Shown here: piece by piece, positions 7,447-14,408 of the stretch
How positions within the stretch are numbered: position 1 is the stretch's first letter
How the letters are laid out: each line of letters starts with the position of its first letter
From: Phormidium tenue FACHB-886
Lineage (GTDB): Bacteria > Cyanobacteriota > Cyanobacteriia > Elainellales > Elainellaceae
Direction of reading: 5' to 3'
Assembly (NCBI GenBank): GCA_014764505.1
Contig: JACXWX010000010.1
Coordinates: 1 to 24,000, forward strand
DNA: 24,000 bases
The notes under the pieces: generated by a model
Databases searched by the model: none
Told to the model about the DNA's origin: nothing
What the model saw: the letters and a program-made list of their open reading frames with translations, nothing else
Position numbers and translations under genes: made by a program

Positions 7447-8472
7447 ATGCCAGCAACTTTTAAGTTCCGTCCAGTCTCCTTTAGCTGGGTAGCCATACAT
7501 CCCCAACCCAAAGGTGTCGTTCAATTTATCGGCGGTGCTTTCTTTGGCACTTTTCCTACCCTGTTCTACCGATATTTTCTGCAGCAGATTTATGAAGAAG
7601 GGTACACCATCATTGCATTTCCCTTCAGGTTTAGCTTTCGGCATTGGTCAATTGCGATCGATCTCCTCAAAGAGCAAGAGAGGCTGCGCCAAGAACTCTC
7701 AGCCCTCACAGGCGATGAGATTTATCAAGAAAAAGCCAGCTACTTTTGGCTAGGTCACAGCCTAGGCTGCAAGTATATCGCTCTACTGGAATTTCTTAGC
7801 GGTCAGAATTGGCAACAGATCGTAGAATCTTGCGTTGAATCAAATGTTTACCAACAGATTGAAACACTGATTCACAACGCTAATCTAAAAGATGCCTCCA
7901 TTCTAGGTCAGCCCTCCTTACTGATTGCACCCGACATTAGCAATACGGAAAGCGCAATTCCCGTTCCTGCCATTGCCGCTCTTCTCGATCGCGTTGGCTT
8001 AGGCGTCTTGCCAACCAGAGAGCAAACCCAGTGTTTTATTGAACAAAGCCGCTTATTCAACCTCACAGCCCTACTCTCCTTTGAGCAAGACACAGTAGCA
8101 GGCAGCAAAACCGACCGATTCAAAGACGAGCAAACCCAAGCAGATAGCGATGTCCTTTGGTTGCTCCAGCAGCTAAAAACCAGAAAGTTTCCAATTCTGC
8201 ATAGAGAGCTACCGGGCAAACACCTAGAGCCAGTAGGCGTACAAGTCGGTAAGTACATTGTCGATCTAAACCCATTCGACAAGTTTATTGAGCTGCTCAG
8301 TGGTCGATTACTGGAATGCTATACCCTCCAATTTTTAGCCCAGCTCAGGCAGCGCCAAAGCCAGCTTGACAACCTAACCGAAAAAGTAGAAATACAGTGC
8401 CAAAAAACTATTGAGCATCAAACTGTTGGGTATCAAACTATTGAGCATCGATCGCCGCCAAAACCCTCGTGA
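7447..8472 (+). CDS. DUF1350-family protein (alpha/beta-hydrolase-like, GHSLGC nucleophile elbow)
   Basis: 341 aa. W..IHPQPKGVVQFIGGAFFGTFPTLFYRYFL..I.EEGYTIIAFPF matches my recollection of the cyanobacterial/plant DUF1350 N-terminus. It has a GxSxG motif (GHSLGC). The 3-prime end overlaps the convergent CysQ-like gene by 35 nt. Confidence 0.7.
   Translation: MPATFKFRPVSFSWVAIHPQPKGVVQFIGGAFFGTFPTLFYRYFLQQIYEEGYTIIAFPFRFSFRHWSIAIDLLKEQERLRQELSALTGDEIYQEKASYFWLGHSLGCKYIALLEFLSGQNWQQIVESCVESNVYQQIETLIHNANLKDASILGQPSLLIAPDISNTESAIPVPAIAALLDRVGLGVLPTREQTQCFIEQSRLFNLTALLSFEQDTVAGSKTDRFKDEQTQADSDVLWLLQQLKTRKFPILHRELPGKHLEPVGVQVGKYIVDLNPFDKFIELLSGRLLECYTLQFLAQLRQRQSQLDNLTEKVEIQCQKTIEHQTVGYQTIEHRSPPKPS
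8405..8449. repeat. 15-bp tandem repeat x3 (AAACTATTGAGCATC / AAACTGTTGGGTATC / AAACTATTGAGCATC)
   Basis: Copies 1 and 3 are identical and copy 2 matches 12 of 15 positions. The repeat encodes TIEHQ-TVGYQ-TIEH at the C-terminus of the DUF1350 gene and contains the stop codon of the convergent gene. Confidence 0.85.
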
Positions 8473-9331
8473 CCTCCGCACAAAGCTGATCATGGCGAAC
8501 GCCATTGCTAGCGATCAAACAGCCCCACTGATTGACATCCCCCGTGTTGTAGCGCAGCGGTGACCCATCCGCATGAGTAAAGCATCCCCCTGCCTCCGTC
8601 AAAATTAGCTCCGGAGCTGCCATATCCCAATCCTTTGGAGCTGACTTTCCCGAAAGTGAAATATAAACCTCTGCCCGCCGATCGACAATTGCCGCAATCT
8701 TGCCGCCCACACTGCCCACCGCCAACTGCTTTTGGGACGACAGCTGCTTCAGAAGCTGATTAAAACGATTGTCCCGATGCGTCCGGCTCACCACCAGCGT
8801 TAGCTCTTCGATCGCATCCTGCTGCGAAACATGCAGCCGTGTACTCATCCCATCCGGCGTTTCCACAAACGCTCCCCCACCCAAACTGGCATAGTACAGC
8901 CTGTCCAACTCTGGGCAAGCCACCACCGATAGCACCGGACGCCCCTGATGCGCCAGCGCCAAGTGAAACGCAAACTCCCCCGTTCGCTCAATAAAATCGC
9001 GCGTTCCATCCAGCGGGTCAAGAATCCACACCCAGTCCTGCGGCAAAGGTTCCGGCACAGCCTTCGCTTTGTAGGTTTCCTCGCTCAAATAGCCAAACCT
9101 CTCCCCAAAGGCAGCCTCTAGCTTGCCCAGCACAAAGCGGTTTACTGCCAAATCTGCTGCCGTCACCGGGCCATCCTGCTTATCCTGGATCTCCAGTGCC
9201 GCTCCAGTCCCCCGGTAATACGATCGCAAAATTGCCGCCGCCCCCCAGCCCAGCGACCGCGCAGTCGCCAAAATCTCCTCCTCCAATTTCCCCGTGATTG
9301 CCTGCAACTCCTCCACAAACCGCTCCTTCAC
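8438..9331 (-). CDS. Inositol monophosphatase family protein / CysQ-like 3'(2'),5'-bisphosphate nucleotidase
   Basis: 297 aa with a GTG start. The metal-binding motifs are present: SEE (LSEETY), WILDPLDGTRDF and KDWDMAAPELIL. Confidence 0.8.
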   Translation of the reverse strand: MKERFVEELQAITGKLEEEILATARSLGWGAAAILRSYYRGTGAALEIQDKQDGPVTAADLAVNRFVLGKLEAAFGERFGYLSEETYKAKAVPEPLPQDWVWILDPLDGTRDFIERTGEFAFHLALAHQGRPVLSVVACPELDRLYYASLGGGAFVETPDGMSTRLHVSQQDAIEELTLVVSRTHRDNRFNQLLKQLSSQKQLAVGSVGGKIAAIVDRRAEVYISLSGKSAPKDWDMAAPELILTEAGGCFTHADGSPLRYNTGDVNQWGCLIASNGVRHDQLCAEVTRVLAAIDAQ

Positions 9332-9561
9332 CTAACAATAGTTAAATCTTGAGTCAGCCTAAATTATAGGAGCTGTGCAAGCCAACCTCGGCATAGCGAT
9401 CGGTTTGTGCAACTGCATTCTGAATCAGGAAGCGGCCTGTAGCAGTTCAAAACATCACCACCTGCTACACCTAGCAATCGAGCTTTCCCCGATTTTCTGA
9501 GACGATAAGATGGGCTACGCTTTCAAACACGGTCTCAGAGCCAAGGGAAGAATAAGGGTTT

Positions 9562-11910
9562 ATGCAATCGCCACAGGAAAACTTGCAGGCAGGACTAGCA
9601 GCGCTAAAACAGCAGCACTATGAAACTGCGATCGCTCACCTGGAAACAGTCTGCCAAACCGCCACAGAAACAGCCCTCATTGAAAAAGCCCAAGCTGCCC
9701 TCGTTAAAGCCTACATCCAGACAAACCAGCCTAACAACGCGATCGCCCGCTGCCGCTCTCTACAAGGCAGCCCCAACCCATCCGTACAAAGCTGGGCAGC
9801 TCAAACTTTCAGCGAACTCTGCCGTCGCTATCCCGCTCTAGCAACGTCCGCATCCAGCCCCGACGAAACGGGCTTTGTTCCTCTCACCCAACAGCCCGCT
9901 CCCACCAGACAAGTCATTTCCCCACCCACTTCCCCACCCCCCGCTTCTGCATCCCTTGCCCCCACCCCGCTCCCCACAGCACCGCCTACTCCCCCACCCG
10001 CAGCACCGCCTACTCCCCCGCCCATTTCCTCCCCCTCCGAACCTCTCCCCACCCTCGCCAAAACACCCCCCACGCCCACAGCTCCCAAATCCATTCCTCT
10101 AGCTGCAGCATCCGTCTCCCATTCCTGGAAAAACGCTCCCCGTTCCCAAAAGTGGAACAACCTCAGCCCCCTCGATCGTTCCCCCCTTTGGGCCCTCATC
10201 GCCGGAACTGCGATCGCCCTAATTTGGCTGCTAAAAACGCTGCCAATGGTTCTGCAGGGCTGCTTTCGCTGGTTTTCCTGGCAGGTCGCCCTGCTCACTC
10301 CCTTCAAAGCCCTGGCCCTGCTGTCTAGCTCCCCGAGCGATCCGTGGCTCAGTGTGGCGATCGTCTTGCTGCTCCTCTTTGCCCTCTCCCCCTGGTTGAT
10401 GGATGCGATCCTCAAGCGATTTTATGGGCTGCAAGAAATCAAACCTGCCAACCTGAACCACTACAGCCCCGAAGCCGTTCGCCTGCTGAAACGAGCCGCC
10501 GGCCATCATCCACCCACTCTAAGACTTTTGCCCACGGCTGTTCCCCTCCTCTTCACCTACGGCTACTTGCCGCAAAATGTCCGCCTTGTCGTCACCCAAG
10601 GATTGCTCGACCAGCTCGAAGATGCCGAGATTGCGAGCCTCTTCGCTGCTGAACTGGGGCACATCGCCAACTGGGATTTTGGTGTACTATCTTGGATCGC
10701 TCTAGTCGCCCAATTGCCCTACCTGGTCTATTGGAACGTTGCCGCTTGGGGCGATCGCCAATCCGATCGAGTCCTGCAATCCCTCGCAGTCCTCGTCTCC
10801 TGCCTTGGATATGGGTTGTACTGGCTCTGCCGCCTCCCTGGACTTTGGCTCGCCCGCCAGCGGCTCTACTACAGCGATCGCACCGCAGCAGAGCTAACCG
10901 GCAACCCCAACGCCCTCACCAGAGCGCTCCTGAAGCTAGCAATTGGCATAGCCCAGGAAACCGAGCGCTGGGGGCATAGCAGCTATCTCCTAGAAAGCTT
11001 CGATCTGCTCACGCCTGTAGGCTACCGTACCGCTCTTAGTCTAGGCAGCAGTTGGGGCAACTCCCCATTGTCCAATGTTCCACAAAGCACACCCGCAAGC
11101 ATTCTGGAGTGGGATCGCCGTCAGCCCTATCGCCACTGGCTGACACTCCTTGATCCGCAGCCTCCTTTGGGCGATCGCCTGCACCTGCTAATGCTCTATG
11201 CCCAGCACTGGCGGCTAGAACACGAACTCAGCTGGCAGCCCACAGCCCACGCCGCAAACTCACCCATGCTTCGCCGCAAATTCCGCTTGCAGGTTGCCCC
11301 CTTTCTAGGTGCGCTAATTGGCTTTGCGGCCGCATTCGCATTGTGGCTACTGGGCTGGGCAGCAGATAGATTCAACTGGCTAGAGTTGACCTGGCTCACA
11401 GGCGATCGATCTCTGCTAGTTGGCTGTACTCTAATTGGTTTTGGCATTGGCATGATGACCCGTATCAATGCCTTCTTCCCAGATATCAAACGGGCTAACC
11501 TACTGAGCGACCCCGTGCTACCCGACCTGCTAAGCCCAGCCACTGCACTGCCCATCGACAGCCAACCCGTCCGTTTGCAAGGAAAGCTTCTAGGACGGCG
11601 CGGCTTTGCCAACTGGCTCCACCAAGACCTAATTTTGCAGACATCCACAGGCTTGGTCCGCCTGCACCATACTACCCGCTGGGGGCTCCTCGGCAATTTA
11701 TTTCCCCACCCCCTCCGTCCAACCGCCTTCATGCCGCACCCCGTCACCGTTACTGGCTGGTTTCGGCGCGGAGCAACCCCTTGGGTTGACATAGAAACCT
11801 TGCAAGGCAAAACCGGGCTATTGCAGAGTCAGCATCCCCTCTGGTCTACTATCCTTGCCTTCTCGGCTGCCCTCCTCGGGGTCCTCATCATCCTCCTCGG
11901 GGGTGCCTAA
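9562..11910 (+). CDS. Large membrane protein with an N-terminal TPR-like region, a Pro-rich linker and a degenerate M48 (HtpX/Ste24-like) peptidase domain
   Basis: 782 aa. It has a PPTSPPPASASLAPTPLPTAPPTPPPAAPPTPPP linker, multiple hydrophobic helices and an M48-like core (...VVTQGLLDQLEDAEIASLFAAELGHIANWDF ... YYSDRTAAELTGNPNALTRALLKL). The expected HExxH reads A363-E-L-G-H367. Confidence 0.7.
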   Translation: MQSPQENLQAGLAALKQQHYETAIAHLETVCQTATETALIEKAQAALVKAYIQTNQPNNAIARCRSLQGSPNPSVQSWAAQTFSELCRRYPALATSASSPDETGFVPLTQQPAPTRQVISPPTSPPPASASLAPTPLPTAPPTPPPAAPPTPPPISSPSEPLPTLAKTPPTPTAPKSIPLAAASVSHSWKNAPRSQKWNNLSPLDRSPLWALIAGTAIALIWLLKTLPMVLQGCFRWFSWQVALLTPFKALALLSSSPSDPWLSVAIVLLLLFALSPWLMDAILKRFYGLQEIKPANLNHYSPEAVRLLKRAAGHHPPTLRLLPTAVPLLFTYGYLPQNVRLVVTQGLLDQLEDAEIASLFAAELGHIANWDFGVLSWIALVAQLPYLVYWNVAAWGDRQSDRVLQSLAVLVSCLGYGLYWLCRLPGLWLARQRLYYSDRTAAELTGNPNALTRALLKLAIGIAQETERWGHSSYLLESFDLLTPVGYRTALSLGSSWGNSPLSNVPQSTPASILEWDRRQPYRHWLTLLDPQPPLGDRLHLLMLYAQHWRLEHELSWQPTAHAANSPMLRRKFRLQVAPFLGALIGFAAAFALWLLGWAADRFNWLELTWLTGDRSLLVGCTLIGFGIGMMTRINAFFPDIKRANLLSDPVLPDLLSPATALPIDSQPVRLQGKLLGRRGFANWLHQDLILQTSTGLVRLHHTTRWGLLGNLFPHPLRPTAFMPHPVTVTGWFRRGATPWVDIETLQGKTGLLQSQHPLWSTILAFSAALLGVLIILLGGA

Positions 11911-12116
11911 TCCTCGTCATCTTCCACCGCTAGTTCTCGCTGCGCCGCTTCACTAATCACCCGGCGCAGCCATTCAGCTCGGTTGGGCAACTTGTAAACC
12001 AGCTCATAGATCGACTCAGGCAGGCGCACACCGATCACCTGCTTCGAGAGCGGTTCAGCCCCGATCGGGGTAAAAGTGCCGCCCTCAGATTTTTGGTTGG
12101 GGTTCAGTAAAGGCAT
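11907..12116 (-). CDS. Small ribbon-helix-helix (CopG/Arc-like) DNA-binding protein, predicted
   Basis: 69 aa. KQVIGVRLPESIYELVYKLPNRAEWLRRVISEAAQRE fits a strand-helix-helix layout, and the tail is acidic. Its stop codon overlaps the stop of the convergent M48-like gene (CTAA at 11907-11910). Confidence 0.55.
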   Translation of the reverse strand: MPLLNPNQKSEGGTFTPIGAEPLSKQVIGVRLPESIYELVYKLPNRAEWLRRVISEAAQRELAVEDDED

Positions 12117-12146
12117 AAATAGCGCAAATAAAATTTCAAATTCTCG

Positions 12147-12184
12147 CTTGAGGGGTTGCGACTTCCTGCTTAGAGGGTTGCGAC
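12147..12184. promoter_or_regulatory. Two direct 16-bp repeats (CTTGAGGGGTTGCGAC / CTTAGAGGGTTGCGAC), 22 bp centre to centre; candidate operator
   Basis: The copies at 12147-12162 and 12169-12184 match at 13 of 16 positions and share the 10-mer GGGTTGCGAC. They lie 31-68 nt upstream of the RHH gene start, in the divergent intergenic region. Confidence 0.45.
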
Positions 12185-12413
12185 GGCATCATGGTAGCAC
12201 TATTTCCGGCAAGTGGAAGAGCACTTTAGTAGTACACCTATAGAGTGAGGGAAACCGCCCTGAAACAATCTGTAAAACCTTGGCAGAATGCGTGTTAACT
12301 CGATAAAATAGAGATAAGCCAACTAGATCAATATAGCCACGAGTGTACTACTCATCTATACTAGTTACGAGCTACCAGTTACTAGCTCTTCTAAACGCAT
12401 TCCCCTAACTTCT

Positions 12414-12713
12414 ATGACTCCCTACATCAATACCGAGGCAGTCCAGCAGGCATTAAACGAAGCCGCCATCGCGCTCCGAGTTCGCTATGCCCAAGAAATG
12501 GGTGAAACCTATTGCGTCGAAGAGCTGCAGCAAGCCTTAATCCACTGGCTAGAGCTGTCGATCGAAGCCCTTGCTGAAGACGCTCTGTTTCACACTGTCG
12601 AGGGCGATCGTGCCTACGCCTTCAACCGTCGCGCTTTTGAGCAGCAAGTCCAACGCCTCCAGCCCACTAGCCCCCTCCCCGCAGAACTACGGCGTGCCTC
12701 CCTTGCCGCCTAA
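12414..12713 (+). CDS. Hypothetical small protein (99 aa, predicted all-alpha)
   Basis: ORF with ATG start and coding-like composition. It sits 28 nt upstream of the next gene, so the two are probably an operon. I recognise no motif. Confidence 0.5.
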   Translation: MTPYINTEAVQQALNEAAIALRVRYAQEMGETYCVEELQQALIHWLELSIEALAEDALFHTVEGDRAYAFNRRAFEQQVQRLQPTSPLPAELRRASLAA

Positions 12714-12741
12714 TTAACTCCATCAAATTTCAAGGATTGAT

Positions 12742-13095
12742 ATGAAGCTGATTGATTACCCTGCCGCGATCGCCCAACAGCAGCGATCGCTCCTTCGCGA
12801 AGAACAGCACGTCCGCCGTCTTCAAGAAGTCGTAAACCGGATAATTGCCGAAATAGATACGCAGATTGCCTTTGATACAGACCTGCGAAACGATGCCCAA
12901 CGCAAAGCTAAAAGAGTCGAGCTGATGCGATCGCCAGAATATCAAAGAGCCTTTGTCAATCTGCAAATGGCACAGGATCGCCGCTCTGAGATCGAGATCG
13001 ATCTCAACCTGCTACGGAACCAGTTCTCAGTTCTGAAGCTAGAAATGCGAGAAGCAATCGCCACCCGCGAACTACAAATGCTTGACGCAGCATAA
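12742..13095 (+). CDS. Hypothetical coiled-coil protein (117 aa)
   Basis: ATG preceded by AAGGA at -13 to -9. The sequence is helical with heptad-like charged repeats (LLREEQHVRRLQEVVNRIIAEID..., LNLLRNQFSVLKLEMREAIA). It is followed by a canonical terminator. Confidence 0.55.
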   Translation: MKLIDYPAAIAQQQRSLLREEQHVRRLQEVVNRIIAEIDTQIAFDTDLRNDAQRKAKRVELMRSPEYQRAFVNLQMAQDRRSEIEIDLNLLRNQFSVLKLEMREAIATRELQMLDAA

Positions 13096-13178
13096 GGTTA
13101 ACCAAGGCTTCCAGGCGGGGCGGGCAATGCCCGTTTCCAGGTTTTATGGTGCTCGTTGCCCAAACTAAAATTCTCATA

Positions 13179-13205
13179 GAAAAACCCCGCCTTGCGGGGT
13201 TTTTC
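13179..13205. terminator. Bidirectional rho-independent terminator
   Basis: AAAAACCCCGC-CTT-GCGGGGTTTTT has an A-run, a GC stem and a T-run. It lies between the convergent 12742..13095 (+) gene and accD (-). Confidence 0.85.
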
Positions 13206-13284
13206 TACAGAAGAACTGTTTTAGGAAGGACTGTGCTTAAAGGACCGTGCTTAACAGGTGCAGATTACTATAGCTATCCAGCCA

Positions 13285-14223
13285 TCACGACTCAGGATGA
13301 ACGGAATTAAACGACACTGCACCTGGCACATGCATAAAATGCGGTGCATGGGTCGGCAGTTGCGTCTGAGGTTGATGCAGCCCAATCAGCTGCACCAGCG
13401 TTTTCTTGAGCTGAGTCCGAGGCACGATCGCATCCAAAAAACCATGCGTCAACAAATACTCTGAAGTCTGGAAATCGTCCGGCAGCTTCTCGCGCAGCGT
13501 TTGCTCCACTACTCGCCGCCCCGCAAATCCAATTGTTGCCTTCGGTTCTGCCAAAATGATGTCTCCCAGCATCGCAAAGCTCGCAGTCACGCCACCTGTG
13601 GTGGGATGAGTGAGTACAGGCACATAAAGCAACCCTGCTTCCCGATGCCGCTCCAACGCCGCCGAAATCTTTGCCATCTGCATCAGGCTCAGCATTCCCT
13701 CCTGCATTCTCGCTCCCCCAGATGCACAGAGGATTACTACCGGCAAACGTCGTTGGGTAGCAGCTTCAATCATCCGCGTCAGCTTCTCACCTACCACAGA
13801 CCCCATGCTGCCGCCCATAAACCGAAAATCCATCGCGCCCAGCCCAACGCCGTAGCCCTCTATCTGTCCCAGTCCCGTCTGTACCGCATCCACCAAGCCC
13901 GTCTTGTCTTGAGTTTCTCGCAGTCGATCGCTATAAGCCTTGCGATCGCGGAACCCTAACGGATCGATCGGCTGTATAGCCACATCCAACGGCTGCCACG
14001 TCCCCGGATCGATCAACTGCCGAATTCGCTCGTCGCTAAACACCCGCAGGTGATGCCCACACTCCAAACACACCATCTGGTTTGCCCTCAAATCCTTGGT
14101 GTAGGTCATCACGCCACAAGCAGGGCACTTGCTCCACAGCCCATCCGCGATCTCGCGTTCCTGCCGCTCTGGACTGGTGGTACCCGATTTCCGCCGATTT
14201 GCAAACCAATCAAATAAAGACAT
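13285..14223 (-). CDS. accD: Acetyl-CoA carboxylase carboxyltransferase subunit beta
   Basis: [12 protein letters not shown]..., a C4 zinc ribbon ([13 protein letters not shown]....[11 protein letters not shown]), and [11 protein letters not shown]...[11 protein letters not shown] prefer the ATG at 14223; the track ORF extends to 14292. Confidence 0.92.
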   Translation of the reverse strand: MSLFDWFANRRKSGTTSPERQEREIADGLWSKCPACGVMTYTKDLRANQMVCLECGHHLRVFSDERIRQLIDPGTWQPLDVAIQPIDPLGFRDRKAYSDRLRETQDKTGLVDAVQTGLGQIEGYGVGLGAMDFRFMGGSMGSVVGEKLTRMIEAATQRRLPVVILCASGGARMQEGMLSLMQMAKISAALERHREAGLLYVPVLTHPTTGGVTASFAMLGDIILAEPKATIGFAGRRVVEQTLREKLPDDFQTSEYLLTHGFLDAIVPRTQLKKTLVQLIGLHQPQTQLPTHAPHFMHVPGAVSFNSVHPES

Positions 14224-14355
14224 GCGACCTCTTGGGCACAGGGAATCAAGAATATAGACAATACAGGACTGAAACAAAATGCATTGCTTCAATCCGCAGC
14301 CGCGCCCATCCTCAATCCTATCAGAGGGAGCGATCGCTATTTAAGTTCCAATACT

Positions 14356-14388
14356 TTAAGGGGAGACGGTTTTGCCATCTCCCCTTAA
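14356..14388 (-). terminator. Hairpin downstream of the 14409..16094 gene
   Basis: TTAAGGGGAGA (14356-14366) and TCTCCCCTTAA (14378-14388) form a perfect 11-bp stem with an 11-nt loop, 21 nt past the reverse-strand stop. There is no clear U-tract. Confidence 0.5.
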
Positions 14389-14408
14389 GCGTTAGTTGCT
14401 TTCTATAC

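Noticed and set aside
9828-10415. 195-aa Gly-rich ORF antisense to the Pro-rich linker (also 9875..10102 and 10231..10509)
   Set aside because: Poly-Gly/Ala arises as the complement of the poly-Pro coding repeat. There is no independent support.
11196-11810. 204-aa ORF antisense to the 3-prime part of the M48-like gene
   Set aside because: It is an Arg/Ser/Pro-rich shadow ORF with no start context and lies wholly inside a long, well-supported ORF.
13501-13959. 152-aa plus-strand ORF inside accD (also 13258..13464 and 14082..14423)
   Set aside because: accD on the opposite strand is unambiguous. These are antisense shadow frames.
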